Counted from the first letter of the stretch, positions 36,582 to 50,425 are shown. The stretch: 64,000 nucleotides of DNA from Macrostomum lignano (GCA_002269645.1 NIVC01001157.1:124001-188000); one strand, 5' to 3'. Numbers and translations are program-made. The notes: generated by a model not told the origin, from the sequence alone.

Positions 36582-37029
36582 GATGAAGTTTTTTCGAATT
36601 GGCTTTCAATTCGTAGAAATACGACACAATGTGCCGAACAAGCCAGATTAAATACACCACGCAAAAGTGGACTCGATTCGGTGAGGTCAGACCCCAGAGA
36701 AATGTCCACTGTTTAGCATATTGCGCAGGCGACCAGAACAAATTAAATTACCCAAGGAGCAGAAATATCTCGAGCGCTTCCGGACTAAAGCGAAACTCAG
36801 GTGCCAGGTGCCCTTTATGGAATCATTATAATGCAATCGATCGATAAGTTCGAAAGAAAAATGAACAAAATTAGCATACTGTCAAACTATGCAAGCGAAA
36901 TTGCGACGGTTAAATGAAAATCTGTCTTTGATTTACTGCCGAGTTTGGATATACGCGCATTTCCGTTGAGCTCGGAATGTCCTCGCTATTGCTTCTGAGT
37001 TAATTGGGCTTTTCTTCTACTTTTCTAGA

Positions 37030-38290
37030 TCTGATGTTTTGAATGACCTTGGGGAAATAGTGGTTGGGAGTTTCCAGATCTGAATGACCTTGGAGAAAGT
37101 GGTTGGGAATTCCCAGATCTGAATGACCTTGGAGAAAGTGGTTGGGAATTTCCAGATCTGAATGACCTTGGAGAAAGTGGTTGGGAATTCCCAGATCTGA
37201 ATGACTGGGGAAAAAGTGGTTGGGAATTCCCCGATCTGAATGACCTTGGAGAAAGTGGTTGGGAATTTCCAGATCTGAATGACTTTGGAGAAATAGTGGA
37301 TGGGAATTTCCAGATCTGAATGACTTTGGAGAGAGTGGTTGGGAATTTCCAGATCTGAATGACTTTGGAGAAATAGTTGATGGGAATTTCCAGATCTGAA
37401 TGACTTTGGAGAAATAGTGGATGGGAATTTCCAGATCTGAATGACCTTGGAGAGAGTGGTTGGGAATTTCCAGATCTGAATGACTTTGGAGAAATAGTTG
37501 TTGGGAATTTCCAGATCTGAATGACTTTGGAGAAATAGTGGATGGCAATTTCCAGATCTGAATGACCTTGGAGAGAGTGGTTGGAAATTTCCAGATCTGA
37601 ATGACCTTGGAGAAAGTGGTTGGGAATTCCCAGATCTGAATGACTGGGGAAAAAGTGGTTGGGAATTCCCCGATCTGAATGACCTTGGAGAAAGTGGTTG
37701 GGAATTTCCAGATCTGAATGACCTTGGAGAAAGTGGTTGGGAATTTCCAGATCTGAATGACCTTGGAGAAAGTGGTTGGGAATTTCCAGATCTGAATGAC
37801 CTTGGAGAAAGTGGTTGGGAATTCCCAGATCTGAATGACTGGGGAAATAGTGGATGGGAATTTCCAGATCTGAATGACCTTGGAGAAAGTGGTTGGGAAT
37901 TTCCAGATCTGAATGACCTTGGAGAAATAGTTGATGGGAATTTCCAGATCTGAATGACTTTGGAGAAATAGTGGATGGGAATTTCCAGATCTGAATGACC
38001 TTGGAGAAAGTGGTTGGGAATTTCCAGATCTGAATGACCTTGGAGAAATAGTTGATGGGAATTTCCAGATCTGAATGACTTTGGAGAAATAGTGGATGGG
38101 AATTTCCAGATCTGAATGACCTTGGAGAAAGTGGTTGGGAATTTCCAGATCTGAGTGACCTTTGAGAAATAGTAGTTAGGAATTTCTAGATCTGAATGAC
38201 CTTATGGACATAGTGGGTGGGAATTTTCAGATTTGAATGACCTTGGGGAAATAGTAGGTGGGAATTTCCAGATCTCAATGACCTTGGAGA
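37030..38290 (+). repeat. ~39-40-bp minisatellite (CCAGATCTGAATGACCTTGGAGAAAGTGGTTGGGAATTT)
   Basis: Direct tandem repetition between TMEM209 and SLC6. Confidence 0.95.
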
Positions 38291-38754
38291 ATTATCGGGT
38301 AGCAGCCATTTCGATAAAAAACTGATGAACTAAAGCTAAAAATTATATATCTTTTTGTTACGAATTTTTTTCTAACTTGGTAAAATTATACATATATTAT
38401 TATATTTATTCATAGCAACCAGATGTTGATAATAAAAGACATGTTGCAGGTACAAGTGCAATATTACGTATTTACGAAAATGCTTTCATAGGGTAACATG
38501 CAGTATAACACGCATAAGATGAACAGAAGTAGTTGTACGACAGCAAATACTTAACGAATTTTTAACAACATTAAACACAACAGTTGGGGCTATACTTTTA
38601 TTATAAGTAAAAAAATACAGTTTCAACCAGCAGTTTGCAAAAACTACACCTCATTACTCACAGTAAGTTTAGGGATTATTCTTAGAAAGCAGATTAGAGT
38701 CAATTCTTAGAAACTGAATAGTTTAAAGGCTACTTTTAACACTGCTGTAGGAGT

Positions 38755-39075
38755 GATTCTTAGAAAGTATATCAGGGTGATTCTTAGGTACTTCAGGGAG
38801 GTGATTCTTAGGTACTTCAGGGAGCTGATTCTTAGAAAGTATTTCAGGGAGCTGATTCTTAGAAAGTATTTCAGGGAGCTGATTCTTAGAAAGTATTTCA
38901 GGGAGCTGATTCTTAGAAAGTATTTCAGGGAGCTGATTCTTAGAAAGTATTTCAAGATGATTCTTAGAAAGTATTTCAGGGAGCTGATTCTTAGAAAGTA
39001 TTTCAAGATGATTCTTAGAAAGTATTTCAGGGAGCTGATTCTTAGAAAGTATTTCAAGATGATTCTTAGAAAGTA
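38755..39075 (+). repeat. 27-bp minisatellite (GATTCTTAGAAAGTATTTCAGGGAGCT)
   Basis: Direct tandem repetition. Confidence 0.92.
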
Positions 39076-39275
39076 TTGCAGGGAGGTGGTTTGCAGAAAT
39101 TTGCAGAAAAGTTAAGATTACAATATCGTATTATAAGTTACAAAAAATACTTCAGATTAATTCTTAGAAAGTAAACCAAGGAGCCACTTAAAAATTGAAA
39201 AGGGCGATTTTAAAGTTTATTAGCAACTTTATTGTTGGCATTACACAGAATGAACATACAGTCTCCATACAAAAA

Positions 39276-40042
39276 CTAAATTTTCCCAGAAGCCGCCGAG
39301 CCAACACCGTCGCGTTCCAGACTTGACGACAGCAACAGATCCTCGATATCCAGGCCTGCGGCGGCGCCACCTCTGCCGCTGAATATCCAATCCAGGTTTA
39401 ATCCGCTCTCGCCTAGCGACACCTGCCTTAGCCGGCCGCCTCTGCGACTATAATAGTAATAAAAGAAGAACAACACGGAGTAGAAGAAATTTCTGCTCCC
39501 AGAAGCAATATCCAACAGAGTGAGTTGCTGCTTCTGCTCAGTTGGCTGGTTGCTAAGCAACAGCTGATAATGAGGCGGCTGCCTCGAGGCTGGGAATATT
39601 CTCAGCTCAACTCCGGCTGAAGCGGCTGTCGAAAACTTTGAATCGATGTCGGTTTTTCCGACAGAACCCGACGGTCCAGCTGAAGGTCCCGCTGTTGCTG
39701 CCAACTGCGAATCTGCTTGCTGACGATCGGGCGTCGAGGATGCCACCGAAGCGCTGCTACCAGAAGCTGCTAAAGATGTTGAAGCCAAAAACACGGAACT
39801 GAATGGCTGCCGGTTGCCGGGCAGAGGCGGCAGGCAGCGGTCCAGGTACGCTGACAGCAGCGACATCAGCAGGCGGGCGTCTGGGGGGTGGCGCTCCGAC
39901 ACCCAGCGGTCAGGCGAGCCCGAGTCCCAGCGGTAGGCGCCCAGACAGGGCAGGCTGCATGGTAGAGTAGAGGGGGCTCTGCTAATACAAATATCTGTGT
40001 ATGGTCATAGACAACTCTGTCTATCTGTCTGCCTATCTATGC

Positions 40043-40137
<95 letters not shown>

Positions 40138-40138
40138 C

Positions 40139-40172
<34 letters not shown>

Positions 40173-40266
40173 TCATCTATCAATTTATCTATCAATCTAT
40201 TAATCTATCCATCTATCTACCTATCTACCTATCAATCTATCAATCTATCCATCTATCTATCTATCC

Positions 40267-40317
<51 letters not shown>

Positions 40318-43300
40318 CATCTATCCATCTATCTATCCATCTATCTATCCATCATTCTATCTAACTATTTATCTATATACTTATATATCTATCTATCCAT
40401 CAAAATCCACTACTCGAATAAATATGCCGAACCTACCAGACCACTCTACCCAATTTACCAAACCAACTGCTAAGGTTAACCATCGACCAAAACTACTAAT
40501 CCACCTGCAACTCAACCAACTCTACACACAATCTACCAAATCCAGCAAAAACCGAGCCCCAGCCCCACCTAGCCAGTTCAGCCAACCGTCTAACCAGGTA
40601 ACCCTGATCATCGCAGGCCTGCAGGTAGGGCATCAGCGGTGCCAGAGCTCGAGTCCAAGGCGCAGCGGTGGCGGCATTAGCCGAAACGTTATTAATAACA
40701 GCTTGAAGTTGTGAAAAACTGGCTTGCCCTATTAACATCTCGGATGAAGCTCCAGCCTCCCTAAGCCGAGCATTAACCCGCTCGATATCCCTGCTCAGAG
40801 GCTCGATCAGGGTACCGTGCAGCCAAGCTCGAATGCCCTGCAACCATTTGTCAAGGCCTCTGGGAGTGCAGTCCAATTCGCGATCAATGCCTAATAGTCG
40901 AATAGTGTGCTCAGGACTGAGTCGATTCCAGTGACGCTGCTGTTGCTGGGCAACTTGCTGCTGCTGTTGCTGAGTGGGTTCAGCATCAGTTGGAGGCGAC
41001 ATCAAGCTGAGAATAGACTCAGCCGGATAAGGCGACAAGTTTGGCGCAGTTGAATTGCGAGTTAGTCCAGTCGAGGAAGATGACCGACGATTAGAAGGCG
41101 ACGGAGTGCCGAGCTGGTAGCGCAGGCGGGACAGATAGCTGTAATCGTCCAGATGAGGCGACTGTCCAGCTGCCGGATGCTGCAGAGGGCTGCCAGGATG
41201 ATGCGCGGACGAGCCGCTGTTGCCGCCAAGAAGTAACGAGGCTGACAGAGCAGAAAGATTTCTGTAAAGCAGAAGTAGTAAAGTTAGTAGCAACAGTAGC
41301 GTTTTTTGCCTTTACAATAGTAAAAGTTACCAGATATTTTAAAGTTTTTGAAGCTGTAAAAATCGTCTCTGGCTTACTGCTCTTTCATTGGCTGAGCTAG
41401 ATTGGGCCTGTCCCTAGGCTGAGCTTCGTCCGTCTGACTGGCACCTCTCTCCTTACTGCTCTCTCATTGGCTGAGCTAGATTGGGCCTGCCCCCTAGACT
41501 GAGCTTCATCCGTCTGACTGGCACCTCTCTCCTTACTGCTCTCTCATTGGCTGAGCTAGATTGGGCTTCCCCCCCTAAACAGAGTTTCATTCGTCTGACT
41601 TGGACCTCTCTCCTTACTGCTCTCTCATTGGCTGAGCTAGATTGGGCCTGCCCCCTAGACTGAGCTTCGTCCGTCTGACTCGCACCTCTCTCCTTACTGC
41701 TCTCTCATTGGCTGAGCTAGATTGGGCTTCCCCCCCTAAACAGAGTTTCATTCGTCTGACTTGGACCTCTCTCCTTACTGCTCTCCCATTATCTGAACTA
41801 GAGTAGACTCTACTTTTGTTTACAAGGTTAATTGCGAGTGGCACATCTAGTATCTGTGGTTAAAACAAGGCAAACACTTTTCTGACTAACCTAGGTGGAG
41901 AAAAATATGCGGAAAAATCGCCTGAACCAGACGAGGAGACGCCACCGAAGCTTCGGTTGGCGGCAGCTGCGGCCGGCAATTGTTGCTGATGACGATTATT
42001 ATTTAATAATCCAGCTGCGCTGCCTAGGCGATAATCTTGATGGTGCTTTGACATCTGGGTCTGTTTACCAGCAGATCCGCTGCCGCCGCTGCTCAGCTGG
42101 CGATGGGACTGCTGTAGTCTGGCGGGCGCTGGCGTGGCCGATGGCAGGTAAACCGATTTTAATAGTGGGCTGCTGGGCGATGAGGATGGCAACAGAAGAG
42201 ATGGCGGAGTAGACGGAGACTTCTGAGGCGATGATGGAGAGGCCAGCCGTCTCACCGTTACAAGGCTGGATGCTGCTGTGCCTGAGAGATGGTTGGCGTT
42301 GAGTAGATTTGTGAGTAGCTGTGGTCTTTAAGTAGACCAAAATAGTGTTATTTATCTAATATTGACCACTGGCCTTAACTACGAGTAATATTGAGCAGTA
42401 GTCTTAAACTAATATTAAGCAGTGTTCCTTAACTAACTTTGAGCAGTGGTCCTTAACTAATATTGAGCAGTGTTCCTCAACTAATATTGAGCAGTGGTCC
42501 TCAACTAATATTGAGCAGTGGTCCTCAACTAATATTGAGCAGTGGTCTCAACTGATATTGAGCAGTGTTCCTCAACTGATATTGAGCAGTGTTCCTCAAC
42601 TAATATTGAGCAGTGGTCCTTAACTAATATTGAGCAGTGGTCCTCAACTAATATTGAGCAGTGGTCTCAACTGATATTGAGCAGTGTTCCTCAACTAATA
42701 TTGAGCAGTGGTCCTCAACTAATATTGAGCAGTGGTCCTCAACTAATATTGAGCAGTGGTCCTCAACTAATATTGAGCAGTGGTCCTCAACTAATATTGA
42801 GCAGTGGTCTCAACTGAACTAAATGATGATTCTCACAAAGAAGATTATACCTGAATAAATAATGCATTAATAATGAAACTGACCAGTTTACTTACCACGA
42901 AAGCTTCTAGATAAGTCAAGTTTTTCCTCTTCAGTAGCAACAACAAATTTGCCACTAAGCTTGTAGCAGCAATGCAAATAGCGGATGCTGAAGTTGAGCA
43001 CATTCCAAGCAAGCAAGACAATGATAGCTAAGCCTGCATTAATAAAAAGTGTTAATGAGTATAAATAATATCAATAGGACAACTGAGATCGGGCAAAAGA
43101 AACAAAAAGTCAAAGCCAAAAGCCTAACTTACATATCTGTGAATGGTAGGCAGCATACTTAGCAAGAGAAGGTAGCATCCAAAGAATGGTTTGCCAATAT
43201 CTAAAATGGAAAATAATTAATATGCAATTAACACATACTATTGTTAAAAAGTTCTACTGCTTTAGGCCTATATAGTTGAAACAATATACATGCATATATC

Positions 43301-46300
43301 TGATATCTATGGCATTTGAAAACCTAGTTCAAAAAGGCTTTTGTAAAATATGCTTTTAGGTATAGCTATAGTAATTTCAATTTAATTTATATAATATTTC
43401 ATGCATCTTGTACAAGTTTATATACTCCTAGAACTTTAAAAATTACAAAAATGACTTTTCAAATTAAAAATTGATCTTTCCTCTAATTTTTAAGTATCAT
43501 TTTTTCTTATTTTTAAGCCTAAAGTGCTAAACATGCATAACTTAAAATTTTAACAGCTAATGTAGTATATTGTACTTTTCTAAAAAAAGCAATATGCATT
43601 ATTTACTTTAGTTTAGGCTTAGTTACATTTTTGCAATTTTTGTTTAATATATCATAAAATTGAATTAGTTAGTTTTAAAAAATATTTGATCTAATTCTTA
43701 AAAATTCTTTATCTTTTAATTGGATAAACTATATTTTGTACATACTAAATCTTAAGCCCAAATTTCTTAGTAGATATAATATACATACAAAGTTTATATC
43801 AAAACTAGACCTAGGCCTACTCAAAAATAGGAACTAATTCTTAGAAAATACAATTATAGACATAGCACACATTTTTTATAAATAAATCTAATCTTATCTA
43901 ATCATATTTTAGTTCTTTTGATATTTAAAATTATAAGCAAAACAGCTTTAAATCTAAGACATTAATGTTTTGAAATATAGCCTAGGCCTAATCCCAATTG
44001 TGGTGCATAGGCATTTTGATAGACAGCATCCAGTGTGGATCAACCTAGTGCAATGCAGTGTGGCATTGCACAGTGCATAGTGGCAAAGTGGCAAAAGGTA
44101 CAGCATGATATGGCAAAGCAATGAGATATGGCTAGGTACACCAAAGCAATGGGAGGTGCAGCATAATATAGCAAAGTAGCAGGAGGTAGTGGGAGGTATG
44201 GCATAGTGTCACAAAGTGGCAAGAAGTGTGGTGTAGAGTGGCAAAGTGAAGCACTTTCTCACCTAGTCCAACACTCAAATCTGTTACAAGGTATGTTGGA
44301 AAAATGACCCCTTTACTATAAACTCAAATTTATACTAACAAAACAAATTTACTAGTGATCTATACACTGGACATTATCAAATAGTTTTGCAACAATAAAG
44401 GACCTTTTTCCATTGTGACACTAAAGGACCTTTTTTGCATTGTGATAATACAAGACCCTTTCTTACATTATAATATTTTGGTCTTTTGTATGCCAACAAC
44501 TATATTATATACCAACTCTAACTCTCATCATCATCTCTAATCTCTAATCTTTTCTCTCTCTTATTTTTTTACTCATATCTTTTCTCATCGCATCTTTCAT
44601 CTCTCCTCTCCTTACTACTTTCTTATCTTAACTCTCTCATCTCTGATCTTTTATCTCTCTCCTCTTTCCTTTCTCCTCTTGCTTCTCTCTCCTCTCATAT
44701 CTGCTACCTTCCCATATACTAAAAATGAAATGTCTGTAGCTATGCGATAGATTTCAGAAAAATTGGCTCAACCGATTTTCTTCAAACTTGCACCATTCGA
44801 TCAGAAATTTTCCTGGGACGGTACATGCATCTTGGCTAAGAAATTGCTCATTGTTAAAGGGATTAAAAATTCGAAAAACATGCTTTTTTGCAAAGGTCAA
44901 GCCAAATTTTCGACTTGAAATGCATTGTAAGAATGCTAGAGAAAAAACTGACTGACTGAATTCCGATTGTGATAAAGATTGCATCACAACAAGTTGAAAA
45001 CAGTGCCGAAGAAATGCACACACGACTTGATTTAAATTGCTAACTTAAATTGAGACTGATACTGGCTGACTGAGAAATTGATTATGTCATAACTTTTTAC
45101 TCCGATTGACTTGCTGTAAGAATTGAATTCTCACAAAGAAGATTATACCTGAATAAATAATGCATTAATAATGAAAATGAATTGAATTATAAGAGCCACA
45201 ATTCATGTTCTCCAATTGAAAAGAGATATCCCTGATGCAAACAGACTGGAATGCTAATGTAGCAACCTGGGTTCGAATCTTAGTAGTACAAAAAGAATTT
45301 TTTTATTAAAACACCTTAAAAACACAACAAAACTGCTAAACATCAAAGAAGCGCAATGTCAAACATAGAAGAGCCAACATATCGAACATAAAAGAGTTAC
45401 CATATAAAACATAGAAGAGCCACCATGTCGAACATTAAAGAGCCACCATGTCGAACATAAAAGAGCCACCATGTCAAACATAAAGGAGCCACCATGTCGA
45501 ACATAAAAGAGCCACCATGTCAAACATAAAAGAGCCACCACATCAAACATAAAAGAGCCACCATGTCAAACATAAAAGAGCCACCATTTCGAACATTAAA
45601 GAGCCACCATTTCGAACATTAAAGAGCCACCATTTTGAACATTAAAGAGCCACCATGTCAAACAATTAGAAGCCACCATGTCAAACATTAAAGAGCCACC
45701 ATGTTGAACATAAAAGAGCCACCATTTTGAACATTAAAGAGCCACCATGTCGAACATAAAAGAGCCACCATTTCAAACATTTAAGAGCCACCATGTCAAA
45801 CATATATGTGACTTTATGTCAAACATTAAAGAACCACCATGTCGAACATTAAAGTGCCACCATGTGTAACATAAAAGAGCTATATCATGAAGAACATCAA
45901 AGAGCCACCATGTTAATAATTAAAGAGCCACCATTTCAAACATTGAAGAGCCACTATTTCGAAAATTAAAGAGCCACCATGTCAAACAATAGCCACCATG
46001 TCAAACATTAAAGAGCCACTTTGTCGAACATTAAAGAGCCACCATGTCAAACATAAAAGAGCCAACATGTCAGACATTAAAAAGCCAGTGTATCAAACAT
46101 AAAATAGTTACCATGTCAAACAAAAAAGAGCCACCATGTCGAGCAAAAAAGAGCCACCATGAAGAACATTAAAGAGCCACCATGTCGAACATTAAAGAGC
46201 CACCATGAAGAACATTAAAGAGCCACCATGTCAAACATAAAAGAGCCACAATGTTAAACATAGAAGAGCCACCATGTCAGATGTTAAAAAGAGCCACCAT

Positions 46301-49300
46301 GTCGAACATATATGTGACTTTATGTCAAAAATATATGTGACTTTATGTCAAACATATATGTGACTTTATGTCAAACATATATGTGACTTTATGTCAAACA
46401 TATATGTGACTTTATGTCAAACATATATGTGACTTTATGTCAAACATATATGTGACTTTATGTCAAACATATATGTGACTTTATGTCAAACATATATGTG
46501 ACTTTATGTCAAACATATATGTGACTTTATGTCAAACATATATGTGACTTTATGTCAAACATATATGTGACTTTATGTCAAACATATATGTGACTTTATG
46601 TCAAACATATATGTGACTTTATGTCAAACATATATGTGACTTTATGTCAAACATATATGTGACTTTATGTCAAACATATATGTGACTTTATGTCAAACAT
46701 ATATGTGACTTTATGTCAAACATATATGTGACTTTATGTCAAACATATATGTGACTTTATGTCAAACATATATGTGACTTTATGTCAAACATATATGTGA
46801 CTTTATGTCAAACATATATGTGACTTTATGTCAAACATTAAGGAGCCACCATTTCGAACATTAAAGAGCCACCATGTCGAACATTAAAGAGCCACCATGT
46901 AAAACATTAAAGAGCCACATTGTTAAACATAAAAGAGCCATTACGTCGTACATTAAAGAGCCACCATGTAAAACATTAAAGAGCCGCCATGTCAAAACAT
47001 AAAAGTGCCATCATGTCAAACCAAAAAGACCCACCATGTCTAACAGAAAAGAGCCACCATGTCAAACATTAAAGAGCCACCATGTCAGACATAAATCTGG
47101 CATGATGTCAAACATTAAAGTGCCACCATATCGAACATTAAAGAGCCACCATGTCGAACATTAAAGGGCCACCATGTAGAACATTAAAGAGCCACCATGT
47201 CGAACATTAAAAAACCACCATGTCGAACATTAAAGAGCCACCATGTCAAACCTAAAGGAGCCACCATGTCGAACATTAAAGAGCCACTATGTCAAACATA
47301 AATCTGGCATGATGTCGAACATTAAAGAGCCACCATGTCTAACAGTAAAGAGCCACCATGTCGAAAATTAAAGAGCCACATTGTTAAACATAGAAGAGCC
47401 ACCATGTCTAACATTAAAGAACCACCATGTCGAACATTAAAGAGCCACCATGTCGAACATTAAAGAACCACCATGTCGAACATTAAAGAGCCACCATGTC
47501 AAACATAAATCTGGCATGATGTCAAACATTAAAGTGCCACCATATCGAACATTAAAGAGCCACCATGTCGAACATTAAAGGGCCACCATGTAGAACATTA
47601 AAGAGCCACCATGTCGAACATTAAAGAGCCACCATGTCGAACATTAAAGAGCCACCATGTCGAACATTAAAGAGCCACCATGTCAAAAATTAAAGGACCA
47701 CCATGTCGAACATTAAAGAGCCACCATGTAAAACATTAAAGAGCCACATTGTTAAACATAGAAGAGCCACCATGTCTAACATTAAAGAACCACCATGTCG
47801 AACATTAAAGAGCCACCATGTCTAACATTAAAGAGCCACCATGTCTAACAGTAAAAAGCCACCATGTCGCCTGCTATCTGGGGGTGCTTGCTATCTGGTG
47901 GTGCTTGCTATCTGGGGGTGCTTGCTATCTGGAGGTGCTTGCTATCTGGGGGTGCCTGCTATCTGGGGGTGCCTGCTATCTGGGGGTGCTAGCTATCTGG
48001 TGGTGCTTGCTATCTGGGGGTGCTTGCTATCTGGGGTGCTTGCTATCTGGGGGTGCTTGCTATCTGGGGTGCTTGCTATCTGGGGGTGCTTGCTATCTGG
48101 GGTGCTTGCTATCTGGGGGGTGCTTGCTATCTGGGGGGATGCTTGCTATCTGGGGGGTGCCTGCTATCTGGGGGGATGCTTGCTATCTGGGGGGTGCCTG
48201 CTATCTGGGGGGATGCTTGCTATCTGGAGGTGCTTGCTATCTGGGGGGATGCTTGCTGTCTTAGGATGTTTTCTTTTCGCATTGCACTTCATCTGAGCAG
48301 TTTTTCTATTGACTATGTGAAGGCTTTGTTTGGCCATCTTATTGATACTTGTAGAGAACAGAGATTCTATCTAGATGTCCCCCATCGGGGGGCGAAGATT
48401 GCTAGTATTTATCTCTTTTCCCTGGTCTTTTGTCTTCACTACAATATCTTTTCTCTCCTCTTTTCTCATATTTTCTCTTTTTTCTCTCCTTTATGTTTTT
48501 AATTCTCTCTGTGAAACAGAAATCTATCAAAATTTTCTTTGGGAAACTGAAAGCCATCAAAATTGTCTCCGTGTAACAGAACTTTATCTATCAAATTCTT
48601 TTCATGAAACTGAATTCCATCAAAATCCTCTCCTTTCAATGTCAATCTATCAATATCAAGACTGCTAAATAGAGATCCAAAAGATGCTTTCCATACTTAA
48701 AAATTATTCAAGTTAGAGGCGTCAGTGGTCAGGGTTAGAGTTAGGGTTGGGTTAGCATTCCCCATCGTTTCATCATTCTTTCATTTCATTGCTATCTATA
48801 GCCTCTACTGGGCATTCACTGTGTACACTGAGCCCTATTGCTACCAACCCCACCACAGGAGGGGTTAATGAATTGTACGCAGAATACATGACAGAAAGTT
48901 TAAAGAAGGATTTTTTCTTGAATGCTATGCCTTTTGTTTTCATGTTTAAAGCAAGAAACTTATATCCCCAAACTCAGTGTTGCAAGCTCTTTCTAGCAAT
49001 ATAAGTCTCTCCTTTCAAAGTTTAAAACTTGAGTCCTGAACAGTTAGCATTTGAAATTTCCCAATTTCCTGACTGCTTGCCTGAGAGGCTTGCAAGTCTG
49101 TTCATTGAATTTCACTGCCCAGCTAATACACAGGGCCAATAATAAAACCAATTGAATCTTGACATAGTCCTATCTACTGTACAATTGCTATGTACACTCA
49201 GCCCAAGCCCAACCCTCCTGTTCTAGGGAAAAATTAAATTTTATTGCACCCCAACACAAGGGGTTATTTGCCTTGAACATAGAACATGTGCACCTACCCC

Positions 49301-50425
49301 CCCAATACACAGCAACCCGCAGGCAGAGGTTGGGGTGGCTTTTTTTACAACAGACTGCAACCCTTCCACTGGAGAGGCAGAGTGGCCACAGAAGGGCCAA
49401 AGAAGGTTAAGAAATCAGTTTTCTGCTTTTTTAGGGATCTTAAAATGTGAAAATGAAATATTAATAATAGCTAAAGCTGATTCCAGAAAATTTGCAGTTT
49501 TCCCATATAAGTTTCAATGCTGAGTTGCAAATAGCCTAGGAGGAGTTACGTTACAAACATATAAACAACATGTCAGTTTTAGTATTAGGGATGGATGTAT
49601 ATTTTGGCAAAAGAAAGTGACTCATTTGGCAAAAAGATCAGCTATGTATATAATTGCAAATGAAATATACCACTTTGGTGCTTGAAGGTTATAATAAATT
49701 GGTCATTGCTGCAAATTATTTGCAATTAGAAAATTTAGAAACTCATGGCTTAGCTTGTAGCTATGTTATATATATGTGATTTATCAATATGCAGTTGATA
49801 GATTAGAGATGATGACAGTGTGGTTTTTCAGTAATTTTCCAGTTCCTAAAATCATACTTTGAAATCCCACTAATACAATGGAATGGCATCTAATAAAATA
49901 ACTGAATTAAATTATGACAAAACAAAAACATATTATGACAAAATTAGTCTTCATAAAGTTTGTCATTTTTCTTTTTACTTTATTCTAAAACAACAAAAAC
50001 TCTTCAGTGAAGCTTGGAACAAATCTTTTGCCAAAATGGTTAGGGGGCCTAGCTTTAGACAAAATGGTCATTGCGAAAGTAGGCCTATTTTATGCCATTA
50101 TTGACTTTCACCAAAATTTCTTTTGCCAAAATGGGTTGAAACCTTTTATTGCTTATTTTATATTATGCAAAGGCTGTTTATAAAATGCTATCAAATATCT
50201 ATTATTATATTTTGATAATAGTGATATTAGGCTCTATTAAATTTGAAGTTATAATATTTTAAAAATATATGAAAACTATACTAACCTTTCAGACGCAATA
50301 AGAAGCACTGCCAGTATGTTGACAATAACTGATGAAGCAGCCCTACTACGAAACCAACGATGATGTTGTTGAGAAGTAAAATACTTTAAAAAAGGACTTT
50401 GCCAAATATTAACACACGAATTCAT
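39276..50425 (-). CDS. TMEM209: Transmembrane protein 209 (nuclear-envelope protein), about 702 aa
   Basis: Exons 50425..50286 (MNSC...SVIVNILAVLLIASE), 43200..43133, 43033..42896, 42281..41891 (acceptor less certain), 41261..40569 (IRAWLHGTLIEPL...YLVRRLAELA), 39954..39276 (CLGAYRW...PPDARLLMSLLSAYLD..LPP...PPHY...RLRQVSLGESGLNLDWIF). 2109 nt in frame; the C-terminus matches TMEM209 as I recall it (LGRVNLGLSGVNILWIF). Confidence 0.88.
40015..40400 (+). repeat. (CTAT)n microsatellite in the last TMEM209 intron
   Basis: Direct reading. Confidence 0.95.
41376..41790 (-). repeat. ~81-bp CCAAT-box satellite, inverted homologue of 24015-24440
   Basis: Reverse complement reads GCAGTAAGGAGAGAGGT...AGTCAGACGGACGAA.CTCAG.CTAGGG...CCCAATCTAGCTCAGCCAATGA. 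Confidence 0.92.
42380..42815 (+). repeat. 24-bp minisatellite (AACTAATATTGAGCAGTGGTCCTC)
   Basis: Direct tandem repetition. Confidence 0.93.
45355..47870 (+). repeat. 23-bp minisatellite (AAAGAGCCACCATGTCGAACATT) with a homogeneous internal variant block at 46305-46838
   Basis: Direct reading; internal unit AAACATATATGTGACTTTATGTC. Confidence 0.95.
47870..48258 (+). repeat. G-rich ~17-bp minisatellite (GTGCTTGCTATCTGGGG)
   Basis: Direct tandem repetition abutting the previous array. Confidence 0.92.

Noticed and set aside
45255-45290. GGGTTCGAATC B-box-like motif
   Set aside because: No A-box or cloverleaf; at most a SINE fragment.
48727-48756. Degenerate TTAGGG-like run
   Set aside because: Only about 4 imperfect units; not an interstitial telomere.
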